Source of the DNA: Blepharisma stoltei ATCC 30299
Taxonomy: Eukaryota > Protista > Ciliophora
Assembly: GCA_965603825.1 (NCBI GenBank)
Contig: CBFDEM010000022.1
Coordinates: forward strand, 62,001 to 126,000
DNA length: 64,000 bases
Direction of reading: 5' to 3'
Under the pieces are notes generated by a model that did not search any database, was not told the DNA's origin, and was given only the letters and a program-made list of their open reading frames with translations. The translations under genes were made by a program, and so were the position numbers. Positions 26,201-40,119 of this stretch are shown here, in pieces (the first letter of the stretch is position 1; every line of letters begins with the position of its first letter).

Positions 26201-27406
26201 TATTCATCATCTCATTCAATTTTTGCTGTAAAATTCTTTCATTACTCTTCATTGCTCTAATTTTTTCCAAAATTATTGAGGGCATGCTTTCCAATTTAGT
26301 TTTATTTGGCGCAAATCCATTCAATTCATTTATAATTTTTGTAAGCTCGCTTTCAAATCACATAGTTTCTACATTTTTCAAAGTTTGATCGGACCTTGGA
26401 GTGAGATTTTGCCCTAATAATTGATCTTCATCACCTGAATGGCCATAACTGGCTATCCTTGCATTATCATTGAATTTATCTCTACTTGGTGAATATGTTT
26501 TGTAAGTACATAAGTTTTGCAAATCGTTGCTCAGGTGCTTCTTGGATCGATTTTTAGAATTTTGAGTGCCCGGTGAGCTGAGTTTGGAAGAATGCTGCAT
26601 ATTTTTATAAATTTTCTAAATATGATTATGCATTTATCTATATTTTATTGAAATACTGAAAATATAATAATATTCTGCCTTAAATACACAAGAATAACTA
26701 TTTTAAAAATTCTATCATATTTATATAAAACATTTTACCACTTAAATACCATCTAATAAAGACAGAATATTCATTCCTTTATATAAAATGTCAGAAGCCA
26801 AACAAGATTATAGAATCTCCTACGCAGACCTCCGTGCTAATCTGAATCGTGACGATCTTGATTTGCAATTATCATTAATCGAAGTTGAGTCACAAATTTC
26901 TGAATTTGATCAAAATCTCATGTCTTCAGACCAATCTCATACATTTATCAATTCTCATCTGCCTCAGGTAGTTCGTGCTCTTCTCGATAAAAAATGTTCT
27001 CACCTTTCATTGTCTACTACATTCCAAGTTAATGAACTTCTCAAAAAAATCCTAATCCTTTCTATCCAAACATTAAAAGCTGAGCAATTCGGCACTATCG
27101 AGATGATTAAAAAAATCCTTGACGAGGACAAGCCATTCTATGATAATCGATACACTTATAATACATATGATTTAGATAAAACTGTAAAAGAACTCTGAGA
27201 AAAAGAAAATGAAGGAAACGAAGAAGCTTTTAAAAACTTTTTACTTTTTGCTAACAGGCAAACCCATACAACACACAATATTCTTTTTAAATACAATTTA
27301 AGTGTATTTATAAGATATGAAGGGTTTAAAAAAGTTGTGGAATTTATCAAGGACAAGCCTCACCCCACAGTTGACCAAATTCATCAATTTATTACAATTT
27401 TGAATT
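20288..27406. repeat. Right arm of inverted duplication (left arm ~9327-16165)
   Basis: Reverse-complement match to the left arm. Confidence 0.93.
20487..26600 (-). CDS. Large coiled-coil protein, ~2022 aa; introns 26172-26186, 21048-21062, 20886-20900
   Basis: Four ORF pieces share one frame, linked by TGA=Trp and three stop-containing 15-nt GT-AG introns. E/K/L/N-rich heptad composition. Confidence 0.85.
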
Positions 27407-30400
27407 CTTTGCAGTATTTTATGGAATTTGATATGTGAAGAAAAATTGCCAAGGAGTTTAGGGATGGGATTATAGAGACTATGCTAAATTTAAGTGGAGA
27501 TGAGCTTAGACTAGCTCAGAAGCAAGATTTGCAGCATTTAATAAATGGGTTAGAAACTTTGTTAGAAAAAATCTATAGTCATCATGTCCGTGATCAGCAG
27601 AAAATAGGAAAAATGTTGGAAAATTTTGAATTGGAACTAGGAATAAGGTGCTTAAGGAGCCCATATTTAGAAAAAAAATTACATGGGATTAATGAAATTG
27701 ATAATAAAATCACCCAAGCCAGACATAGAGATGAAGAAGACGCCAGGCTAAAACGAGGCGGGTTTCCATATAGATCTGACTATCGAGATACCGCAAGATG
27801 GCTTACAACTGAAAAACTGCTTGAGTGGCTTGACTCTCAAAATATTTTAGAATTAATTTTCGGACCAAGCAGCCATCCAGAAATCGTCAAAAGAAGTGTT
27901 GATTTAATCAGACTTTTATATACAAATAACAGATTTACACGAGAACAGATTGATTTGGTTTGAAGCTCCGCTTCAAACAAGCACGAAGCTGACAAAGACG
28001 CTATAATGAGCCTTATCCAAGACGTAACCCCTTGTTTTTCAGTCCAAGATCTCCAATATTTCTTCCATAAAGTAGGGACATTACCATATCCACAAATAGA
28101 TGGAAAAATATTATCATTGATTCGGTCTATTACAAAACATATGTCAAACCTAAAATCAAGCTTACCAAAACATGGGAAATCTAATAGCTATCATGGCCCA
28201 AATTCACAAACTGAAGAATTTGATGTATGGGCTGATAATAATGAAACAAAAGCTCATGAACACCCTGGAGAATTCACTGATATTGATATTGACGAGCCAA
28301 AAAATAAATCAAATAATAGCGTTACTGATCCTTGGAAAGAAATAGCTGATAATGACCCAAATTTAGTAGGGATTCAATTAGAGCCAGATAAAGAAGATAC
28401 AAATATGCAGCCAAAAGAAGCAGAAAATATAGAAGATCCTGTAGATAATGTAGGGGCTGACGATGCATTGGATTTCTTATGAAGCATATGTCAAGAAAAC
28501 GCATTAGATAATGATATACCTAAAGGTATCCCAGCCCAAGCCCTTCAAATCCTTCAAGAGCTCTTATCATATTACTACCTTTCTGAGAGGCAAAAATTCA
28601 TGATCAGATGTGTAGAAAATATCCGTAAAAATTCCGTGGTTTTATCTTCTATTCAGCTACTAGAACACTTGCTAAATTCATATTCTCCAAGCAGAATGGG
28701 TTATAGAAGTGCAGAATCCCGTGATAGCAAAATTCAATGACTTGCTAAAGAGCATAATTTGATTGAAAGAATTTATATAAATTTAATTATGATTAAGAAA
28801 GAAATCCTTGATAAGGGACAAATATTGCTTAATGCGGATGAAAAGCCTGAAGAGCAAGACACAAATTCTACATGCTCAAGTGGCGATGAAGAGCCTGATA
28901 CACGTAAAAAACGATACGAAATTATTTTCAAACAAATAAAAATTTCTAAAGATATTGATTTAAACTATATAGAAGAAATCAAAAAAAGGCTAGAATTTTT
29001 AAGATACTTGTATTTAAATTCTCCTGAAAAAATGCAGCCTAGACATATAGAGTTATTGTGAAGTGGTTTGATTTTAAACGCTGCAACGGAATCTGAGCAT
29101 GAAGAATGTTTTGCTTGAATTGCTGGAATATTGCCACATTGGCATGGAGAAAATAGTATAATTGATGATGAGATCATACATTTGATATACACTGATATGA
29201 TTTTAAAGCTGGATCCAAAGTATTTTTCTCCAGCTGCGTTTAATTGCTTTGAAAGATATTTTACCAATGTTAATAAGCAGCATGGACTTCTCGATAAGTC
29301 AGAATGAAGCGACTATGACGTAAAAGATATAAAATTGTTAGGAATTCAAGCATTATGGGAGCTTATTTTACAAGTAAAAAATGAGAGCGTATACAAAGAA
29401 GCCCAAAGTTTGCTTAAAAAGCTATATAAAGGGCTAAGAAGATGTGGATTTGAGACACAAGAGGATTTTTTGAAAAATTGTATGGAGCATATAAAGACTG
29501 GGGCAGAAATTTTAAAAAATCATTATGATGCTGATGCGACTAATAGGGTTTCTCGGTCTTTATCATTGCTATATGAATGCCTTGAAGATTTCGAAGGAAG
29601 GGAAGCCAAAATAAGCCATAGTTTGTCAATTGAAGTCCAAATTGACAACCAAACAAGCACCGCTAAACATCCTAAGCTGTTCCACATGACTTTATATAAA
29701 GAAATGACCATCCAAGAAGCCAAAAAGGCCATCGCAAACATATTAAACCCTCCTATGCACCCAGACAACCTCCAAATTGTATCACAAGGACGAGAATTTG
29801 ATTCAAGAGTCGAAAATTTGACATTATCTGTAATGGGAATTGAAGAAAAATCAAAAATAATAATTTTGGATAGAAAAGAATATGTTTCCTCCCATCAAGA
29901 TATAGAAAATATTCAAATAGACCCTGAATCTTTAGACAGCTTAAAAGATATGTTCCCTGAAGAAAACGTAAAAATATTAAAACTGGCTTTACAAAAATCA
30001 CGAGGAAATGTAGACGAAGCTGTAGGTCTTTTATTTGATGAAGATGAAAAGCAGAAATTAACTGAGATGGCGTCTAGTCCACAAATAAAGCCTAAGCCTC
30101 AGCTGAATTATAATATAAGCAACACTATAAGCAATACTCATGAATATTTTAATTTGCTTTTTGAGCTTTTTGAGCTAGGAAACCCTTATATTAATGCACA
30201 AAGCTGGGCACTTTTAACGAGAATCCCGATAAATTTAGAGATGTATGAAGGGATAAAGAATTTAGATATTAAGTCAGAAACCAGCTGAAATGATTTATTT
30301 GATAATAAATATATGAATAAACTGCTATATTCGCTACAAATAGTAAATACTATTATAATGCCTTTAAGCCAAGCTTCTCATAATGAACTAATAGAATGTA

Positions 30401-33400
30401 TTCAATGGAGAGCTAAATTTGTAGAACTGGGCGGGTTCTGACACATTTATAAGATTTTAATAAACTCAGACCATATGAGCTCAATGCCAGAACAATACCA
30501 AACTAATGCAAAATGTATTGAATTTCTTTTAATTATTGTAAAATCCTTTGTCGAATCAGCTTTGGCGACTATAAATTCAGAGAGTTTTGCAGAAATAAAA
30601 AATGAGGAAAAAAATATGATGGATCTTGATGAAAATAGTAGCTTAGAAAGAGCTAATAAAAATATATCGACCACAATTATAAATTTAATTGACTTTCCAT
30701 CCCTAATTGTAAAGCTTCTCTCTATTATTGAGGTGAATATGCAAAGATCTCAAGAAAGTGAAGCTGTCATTGTAATTGGGAAAGCTCTTGAGCTATTGCT
30801 GTCTCTTATAGTTTATAAGCCTGTTTTGCTTTCAAATTTATATTCCTGCGAAAATCTCAAAAATATAGTTATTTCTGGATTATTAGAATGTCAAAATGAG
30901 AGTATAAGAGAAGCCATTAAAAACATGTTTTCAGCGATTGTAGAAGCTGTCACTCAGCCTATAGAAAACATTGAATTACCCAGAAATTATCTATTGGGTA
31001 TTCTCATCAGCAATTTGCCAAGCAATTATAATTTCACTTGTGATGAATATTTTGAATTATTGAACAGACTCATCTATATTTGCCATTATTCTGATATAAA
31101 TTTGCTTAATTTCAGCTTACAATTGATATATAATCGAGAAATAATTGAAGATCGAACTCTTGGGATTCAAGATAAAGTCCTTACTGGGCATTTAAAAACA
31201 GCTGCATTATTAGTAGATTTTAATCCCGAGATTAAAATAAGCTTATCATGGTGTTTAGACTACTTATATTTATGGCTTTTTGAAATCCCCAAGCATGACG
31301 CTGTAAAAATTCAGAACGGCCCTCCAAAATTCAAGCACCAAACTACCCGTAAAGCAGCGTTTTCTCTAATCCTCTCTTTATGCTCTAATTGTCCAGAAAA
31401 TACTAATATTATTTTGATGCGGCTATGCCAAAATCACCCTGACAATAGAAATTGTGGATCTTTTGACTCGGAAATTTCTGTCAGGTCTCAAACTGGATAT
31501 GTAGGCCTTAAAAATTACGGTAGCACCTGCTATATGAATTCTTTAATGCAGCAATTTTTCATGATCCCTCAGCTGAAGCAAGGCATTTTAGAGTCAAAAA
31601 TATCTATGCAGGAGCCTCTAGAAGACAATTTATTATACCAATTTCAATTATTAATTGCAAATTTAAGCGAAAGCGAAAAACAATATTATGAGCCCAGAAG
31701 CTTTTGTAGAGCTTTTAAAGGCTATGATGGCCAATCTATGAATGTCAGTGTCCAACAAGACGTCGATGAATTTTTCAATCTATTGCTTGACAAGCTTGAA
31801 GACCTAATGAAGCCAACCAGACAAGCAAAATTATTTAGATCTACAATTGGCGGCACTTTGGTGCATGAAATTGTGTCTTGTGAAGAGAGTTTTCCTTATA
31901 AAGGCGAGCGCGAAGAACAGTTTTTAAGAATTTCTTTAGAAATCAAAAATAAAAAAAATATTGCTGAAGCTCTAGATTTGTTTATCAAAGAAGATTTATT
32001 GGAAGGCGACAATAAGTACTTTTGTGACCAATATAATCAAAAAATTACAGCTAAAAAGCGCTGCTTAATAAACAGCATGTCAAACACTGTAATAATCCAC
32101 TTGAAAAGATTCGAATTTGACTTTACAAGAATGGTGCGCTGCAAGATCAATGATTCCTGTGAGTTTCCAATAGAATTAAACCTAAAACCATGAACTAAAG
32201 ATGGAATAGAAAACTCCAACGCTAAGCCAGACTCCTATTACCAATATGAGCTTAAAGGAGTTTTAGTACACTCAGGAAGTGCAGACTCTGGGCATTATTA
32301 TTCATTTATCAAAGACAGAAACTCCGGAAATTGGTTTAAATTTGATGACAGAAACGTTGAAAATTTCAGCATAAATAATCTTAAAGACGAATGCTTTGGA
32401 GGGGAGTCCAATTATGTCTGGGCATCAAATAACCAAATGTACCACGCCACAAAAAGTGCTTATATGCTGATTTATGAAAGAGTAAATCCATTAGTTGGGG
32501 ATACTGAAGAAGATATGGAAAATAATGATGAAAATTATCAATGCAAAACCCCTGAAATTTTAAATAAAATTTGGCTTGAAAATATGGAGTTCCAAAGAGA
32601 CCTGCTATATTTTGATGAGACTTATTTCGATTTTGTGAAAAAGTTTGTAGAAATGTATAGGTTTGGGATGTATGATTATTCAGAGATCTATAAAATGCTG
32701 GAGACTGATCCAGGCTATATAGATGTGCTAGAAACTCAGGATCCAGGGCTGCAGCTGATAAAACTTATAACGCTATTTGCATATGAAATTCTTATAAGAT
32801 CAAGGAATTTCCAAGCATTTTGTTCATGGATTGAAATTTTGTCAGGGTTATATCGTCAGCATAATATAGCTTGCTTATGACTATTGAAATATTTGTCTCA
32901 AAACACTCAAGTTTTGAATGAAATTCTCTTTGAGTGCCGTGAAAGCCAAGTCCGCCATGAATTTTCTGAGCTTTTATCAGTAGTCTTGATTATAGCTTCA
33001 AAATTAGAAAAAAATATTTTATTAGAGACAGAAAATATCCTTATAGAAAATCCTGCACAAAATGAAGCTTATAAGTGGAATCCTAATGAAAAATTGAGTA
33101 TAAAAAACTCAAAATCAATTACTGGTAGATTTGTTGAGCTATATTTGAATTATTTTTTGCAAGAAGCAAGAAAAAATTGGAGAAGATTCAATGAATTTTT
33201 CAATATTATGAAAAAGTTTGCGAGTGAAGGCCCAGAGCAGGTGAGGCTAGTTGTAGAGAAAGACGGGGTTATTAAGCTGCTAAGCTTTTATATGAATGGC
33301 AATATGCCGTTCCCTGATAGTATCACTATGGGTGATCAGGCAACAGAGCCTAACCTTGATGAAGCATTAGAAATCATTAAAGTTCTCATATGTGGGTCCA

Positions 33401-34209
33401 AAACTCAAACCATGGCTAACTCAGGGACATATCCACCTTCTTTTATTTTTACTCCTTCACATTCTGAAGTCATTCTTGACTCCAAAACTGAAGGCTATTT
33501 CCAAGACCATCGGATTTTCAAAAATCTTATAAATAGCATTAGAAATGAGGCTGCAAAAGCAATCCTCACACATTTTTCCTGGGAAAACATCAGCATGAGT
33601 ACAACTTATATTGAAGAAATTGTGAATAAAATCGTCGAGTTAAAGACTACTAGCCAAGAGGTCAATCCATACTTAAAAATGCTGACAAGCTTGTTCACGC
33701 TTCAAGACTCCTTCAAAAAAGAAAGAGTCTCAAGATTTCTAAATGCCAGAGTATCTCTAGGGTTGATTGGGTATAACCCAACTAACTTTTTCGAATGGCT
33801 ATCCCGGGTTAAAGAATCCTATGTCATTCTCATTATAATTATCTGCTTATGGTGGGGAGATATGCTAACAATTCCTCATATAATTGAAATTGCTCAGGAC
33901 CATGCTGCTAAATTTAGATGGATTGTACCTTTTATTAACACTTTAACGTTCCGCTATATGCCAAACAGCTACGTTGTTGATTATAAAGATAAGACAAGAA
34001 GCACGACTGAAGATCTTAAAAAAATGATCCAAAGATTCGATATTCCTATAAGCTCAGACTCGGAAAGTTCATATGAGATAGAATTTGCGCCTGAAGATTT
34101 ATTGAGCACGGATGCTGATGCAGGTAACGCAGCTGAGCCAGAGCCTGCCCCGACTGAGCAGAAAGAAGAGGAAGATTCAACTGGAAGTGATGAGATAAAT
34201 AATAATTAG
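26788..34209 (+). CDS. Ubiquitin-specific protease, USP9/USP24/USP34-like, 2473 aa
   Basis: Eight ORF pieces in one frame, each interrupted by TGA. Cys box GLKNYGSTCYMNS, QQDVDEF, His box VHSGSADSGHYYSFI..WFKFDD. Ubiquitin-like and CUE/UBA-like segments at ~29630-30060. Confidence 0.92.
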
Positions 34210-34238
34210 TTTAATAAATTGGGGGTGATAAATAATTA

Positions 34239-34763
34239 ATGCAAGCTTTAGATAGAGAAAATCCGTTGGAAAGAGAAATTTTAGAGTTTTCAGAAGAAGA
34301 TATAGACACCCAAGAGCTTAAAAAACACAAAGACTATATTAAATCTTTCCCTTGCAGAAGGCAGAAGACTGTGAAGATGGAACTAAGAGAAAAGTATATT
34401 AAAAGTGTTATGGAAAAGCAAAAAAAATTCGAAGACAATCTTCAGGAACTTAGCCAGGAAACTGTAGTAGCTTCTACTGATCCTTTAGGATGCCTTGATG
34501 CATATTCAGAGTGCAATAATGATAGCATCGATTGAGTGTTAAAAAAGATACCTCACCCAGTTAACAAATATGTGTTGGGAATAATTTGGAACGAGTTTCC
34601 AAACTTTCGAAGAAATAATAATCTACTTCAAAAACCTCTCCCAACCGAAATAATTTCTTTAGAAAACCCAGAAGCCATGCAGATTTTTATTCACAAGGAC
34701 CAAAATAATACAAGACATGGAGTTATTCTTTATAAAGATGGAAATTTAATAAGACCATTCTAA
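34239..34763 (+). CDS. Hypothetical protein, 174 aa
   Basis: Two abutting ORFs joined by TGA=Trp at 34533-34535. Confidence 0.7.
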
Positions 34764-34836
34764 ATTTGTAATTTCTTTATTAAAAATAGCTAAAACCATC
34801 CCTTTGATTTTTGCTGCTGCATCTATTACATATTCT

Positions 34837-35721
34837 TTAAGAATTATTAGGATTAGCATAAAGACTTTTCAGAAGATCTGCTAATCGATACCCGCCAAGT
34901 GCGAGCTGCCTTTGAGCAATAGGCTTTCCTCTCAACATGTAAGAAACAGTTGGAGACTTACCTTCTACCATATCATTGTATGCATAATCCACAGCTGAGT
35001 GATAGCTTAGTAAAGCCCAATCATCATAACTTGTAGACATCAAATAGCTCGCCAGCTTCCCTCTTGAATTTTCTTTCATAATGCCGCTTGCATAGCTTGT
35101 AATATTGTTCCAGCATTCATTGCTTAGAGGTCTTGGACAATCATCTCCAATAGTTCCTAAAGCCCAATCCCAAAGCTTATGCAAATTATTAACTTGGCTA
35201 TTCCCATCATAATAAATCTTGAAAAGGTTTCCTCCAGCATCACCATTTGGCTGAGCTACTGTGAATCTTGAAATAGCGTGTAATGGCTCATGGAGGTCTC
35301 CTAGCCAATGTATTAAATATCTAAGCTGCAATGAGGCTTCTAGTGGAGCATTATTTGGATTTACGTTTCTAAGAGTACTCATAGCTTGGCTTATAGCCCA
35401 AATAATATTGTTAGTAGAGCCTGCTGTTGCATTAAGAAGTCCATCCAGATCATATGGCTTATTTGTATAGTGCCAGTCATTACTTATTTCGAAACTATAT
35501 GTTTTCAAGTCATCGGCCCAGCAGGCAGTTTCGACAAACGAATTGCTCAAACCATGAGTTAAAAGTCCATTTAAAGGTGCAAGAATTTGTTCTGCGATAG
35601 CGTAGACATCAGGATTGTTAGCTTGGAGGTCAAGTTGTGCGATCATGGCAGTAACCATATGACCATTGCATCACCATGCAGCTGATAAGCTGATAATGCA
35701 AATCAAGAGTTCTATCTTCAT
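34837..35721 (-). CDS. Secreted S1/P1 nuclease, 294 aa
   Basis: Signal peptide then W-W(TGA)-CNGHM; WADD, WHY, HWLGDLHEPLH, GDAGGN, NLHKLWD, GGYRLA. Confidence 0.93.
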
Positions 35722-36318
35722 GTTTGTTGACTTATAAGAAGGAGAAATTAATCATTAAGCTATTTAAATGGAAAAGATGAAAGTGGAGTTGTGGAAATAG
35801 ATAGCTACTAGAAGCCAAAGCTTATGGGTTTAGACAAAATTTTATTTAGAGTTAAAATTAAAAATAAAATTATTTAGATGGAGACTTATAGACAGGAGCT
35901 TGCTAAATGGGCTTATGATTCCGAACATTATTAGTGATGATTTTTAGTAGATTGGAACGAAAATTCTTTTGATATTTTATCAGCTTAAGCTTCTTTTTTA
36001 GAAGCTCTTGCTATGACTCTAGATAACTCTAAAATAGAAATTTAGCTTGCGTCAGGATATTCCTCAAGCCAATATCAAGCACAACACATGACGAAGCTTT
36101 CTTATGGGAATTATAAATATTAGAGTGTATATAAGTATCACACTAGATTAGACCGATATATTTCATAATTCTTTTTATTACATGAAATTTATTGATTCTG
36201 CTCTAATAATCTCTTTTGGCCTTGCAAAATTTGTAAAAAGCAGCCCTGATAATATCTTAAATCTTAATAAGGAAAATATAAAATCCCAATAGCCCCTTTT
36301 AATAAAATACTGACTGGT

Positions 36319-39300
36319 ATGGAAGCCAGTTTGCACCAATACTTCTTGGACTTCCGAGCGTGGCCAGAATCTCGCTCTACAGTTCCTAGCTCAACTGCTT
36401 ATGGCATAAAAGAAGCTTTGAAACTGATTTATGGCGATCGAATTCATATAATAGGCCCTGATATTTCAAATGGAAAATCTCCCGCCTTTGAAGATGAAAC
36501 ATCAGGTGTCTTATTTTACATCTTAGCTATAAATCGGTCACTTATGAGTGATAGATTTGCTCTTTTAAAGCCACTTGTTGCATTTTGGGAATCAAAAATC
36601 CTCAGCCAAGCTTCAGAATCAAATTCATTATGGCAGATGATGGTGATTCTTCCCAAAAATCACACACTTATTGATGGGAAAGCTCTCCAAAGAGCTTCAG
36701 AAACTGTCTTTTTAATAGACTCGTTCGGGCTAGGTTTGCAACTACCGAAACTTATGAAATATTTGATACAAACACAAATCGTGATTAGAGAGAAAGGCCC
36801 TACCTTGAAATGTGGAGGTTTCTTTCCTAATGTAAATATTGAAGAAAAAAGTCTTAAGCTTCATGAGCATCCTCATGAAAGTGGAGTGTGGTCTGTTTTC
36901 AATGCAATTATGCTGATTTCAAGCGGAAGCACTGAGTTTTTAGAGCCCTTTAGTAAATTTGACTCATGCTTTAGTTTAAAGCTGAGTGCTATTCTAGATG
37001 AGCATAATATCGAATTAGGCAAGAGTCCAAATGATCTTCCTCAGCTGTATTATAGCTCAAGTGATCTTGAGTTTGTGAATGAGGGAATTAGGAATGCATT
37101 GATTGATGAAATCTCACACTGGGGAGTGCTTGAAAAAGAAATGGTATACATCCAAAGATATTTAAGTATCAATAAACTTTGCACTCTTTGAGAGTATAAG
37201 CAATCAGGCTCATGAGTAGAGGCGCAAAATTTCATGAGAAGAATAAAAGCTCCTCTGGAAGAATTACATAAAACATTTCAATCTGATGATATATTTACCA
37301 CACCAGATCGCCTACCACAAATTAAAAGTTTAACACCTCCAACACATCAAACAATCATGAGGGGTAAATCTGATTGCATTTGGTTTACTGATGCCGAAAA
37401 TTTTAAAATGGCAGTTAGGAATAAAGATGGTTATATTGATAAATCATTACTCATCAAAGCAATTTTAAATAAAGGTGCCATTAAAATACTCATCTTACGT
37501 CCGCAACAATGGGGTAAAACTCTAAATATGAGCATGTTAAAAACCTTTTTCCACCCAAAAAAGGATGCTTTTGGGAATTTTAAAAATTTGTACTTGTTCA
37601 CTGGTGGAAAAGATAACATTGATGTTAACAACTTGGACAAAACAAAATGCTTAAAAATAATAACTGAAAATAATGGTTATTATTACAAAAACTTTGCTGG
37701 GAAAATTCCAACGATTTTTCTAAAATTTTCCCTAATAGAAACATTGGGCAATGAGCCTGTGAAGGAATTTTACCGCAGTGAATTTTCAAAAATAATCAAA
37801 TTAGCATACTCGAAATATTACCCAGAGTATTGCACATCCTTGGACCAAGCTATCAAAAATTATGTTTCAAAGCATCCAGATATTGTAATAGATTATAATA
37901 ATAAATGCATACCAGAGCTTGAAAATATTATTGACACATATAAAATAACTTTATTACCGCACGTTCAATTGTTTAGAGATTTCAAAGATGATAATTCATT
38001 AGAAATGCTTTCAAAAGCTGTTCCTAATCTTGCTAGATTTGCTCATAAATTTTACGAGCAGAATGTAATTGTTATTGTGGATGATTACGATACCCCTTTT
38101 AGTCGTGCACTAAATGCTCCTTACCAAAATGAAGCATTAGCAATTATAGAAAAAATTCTGAACTCAATATGAAAAAATATTCCTAGTTGTGTTTTGAAAG
38201 TAATTATGGTAGGTGTTTTACCTATTAAAGGGATAAAATTTTCAGAAATAAACACCTTTAATACACATACAGTTAAAAATGTGGAATACTCCCAATTTTT
38301 TGGCTTCACAGAATCAGAGGTAAGTACTCTTATTGAGCAAAATTTGGAGAGTAACACAGCTGAGGAAATGTTAGAGCAAAAAGAATTAATTAAGCTGTGA
38401 TATAATGGATACAATATTAATGGACAAAAAATTTACAATCCATTCTCAATAATAAGCTGTATAGCACAAGCAATGTCTCATGAAAGCAATCCTCTCCAGC
38501 CTTATTGAATCTTTAATAATAACCTTAGTCAACTGGTCTCAGCATTTAATGCCCTGCGATCTTATGATAAATTGTTTGAAATAATGAAAACTGGCTATCT
38601 TGAATTATTAGAAGAAATTGATAACTATATAAATTTGTCATTAGATTTAAAAAGTCCAAAAATTTTTTTCGCACTATTGCTGCATGCTGGCTATTTAACA
38701 CCATATAGCACAACTGAAAAGGAAAAAAAAAACCTTGTGAAAAAATGAATATATGTCGTTCCTAATAGAGAAATAAAAAAGAGTTTTTACAACTCACTGC
38801 TTTTAGAGTGAATTGACAGAAAAATAGGCTCAGGAAAAGTTGATATAGTTGAGATAATTGAAAAGTTTAACACCACCTTAGATGATAAAACTGAATTCAA
38901 AAATTTTATCCAAACAATGATTCTTGATAAGATGACTGATTGCACTAGTAAAACAGAGGCCGACTTTCAAATCTTATTAGGAGGAATGGCGATGTTGGCT
39001 TCAATTATGACAGAAGATGCAAATTATGCATTACATTCCGAAGCACCAAATAGATTTAGAAAGAAGGCTGATGGGATTTTCATCCCTACTAAATATAAAA
39101 AGGCTAGTGTTATTATTCATGAATACAAGAAACTTGATACTGCTGATGCAATTGATGTTAGAGAAAAAGCGGAAGATGCCCTTTGGCAGATCTATGCAAA
39201 GCAGTATATGAAAATTGCGTTAGATTTGTGTGATAGTGATCAGCATTATAATTATTTTGACAAAATGATAATCCGTGGTATTGTTTTCTACAAAGCTAAA

Positions 39301-39609
39301 TTTGGTTATCAATGAAATATGGTGATTAAAGAGCACTCTTTCGACTTCAATTTTGCTTCCATTGTAAATACAAAATTTAGTTCAGCTACCGGGGGAATAT
39401 TAGCTGTATCAGCCAAATTGTGTGGAGAAAGTGGGTCTCAAAATGAAAAAATTGAAGAAAGAAGATCTCTCGGTGCAGAAAAAATTGGTGATCTGATCAA
39501 AAATATTGGTGGCGATCATTATGGTTACATTGAAGGAGATGAAGGCTTAGAGATGAAACGCAAACTTGACTATGATGAAATTGAATTAGGCAAAAGGCCA
39601 AAACTATAG
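36319..39609 (+). CDS. CE-like + AAA-ATPase-like + PD-(D/E)XK protein, copy 4, 1096 aa, intact
   Basis: Single 3291-nt frame with TGA=Trp and the same motifs as copy 2. Inverted counterpart of 3655-6954, including ~470 bp upstream. Confidence 0.9.
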
Positions 39610-40010
39610 GATAAGTAATTTTTAATTACATGTGAAATATTTTTGTTTTGATTAAATCTCCTTAAGTAAATACTTCAGCAGCGCGCTATGTATCTTTAAT
39701 AAATACAGATTTTAATTACCATATCTTTTCATACTCATTTTCATTATAAGCAGAAATCATAATTGATAGGTGCTCCCGAAGATTTGTGCAAGTTGATAAT
39801 ACTTTCATAAGCATTTTCCTGCTCTATTGCTCTATCAAGCCCGCTAGGAAAATTTTCCAATGTATTATAAAATACATGTAAGCGATCAAAAAAATAATTT
39901 TCTAACACAAGAGGTTAATAAGCGAGCTTTAAGGAGATCCTTTCCTATAGCAAAGCATTCAGCAAAACATAAAGAAGCAATGCTTTTAAAGGCTTAATAA
40001 AAATCATATT
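39610..40010. repeat. 3' flank of copy 4, directly repeated at ~43165-43510 after copy 5
   Basis: Shared AAGTAAATACTTCAGCAGCGCGCT...GATCCTTTCCTATAGCAAA blocks. Confidence 0.85.
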
Positions 40011-40119
40011 GAAAAACAGAGACATTTTCTGACGCGAGTATACTCTTAAAAAGCCACTTGTTGCGTTTTGGGAATCAAAAATCCTCAGCCAAGCTTCAGA
40101 ATCAAATTCATTATGGCAG

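Noticed and set aside
34837-35721. S1/P1 nuclease as a functional partner of the adjacent nuclease array or hairpins
   Set aside because: It has a signal peptide, typical of secreted nutritional nucleases, and is absent from the left array. Adjacency alone is insufficient.
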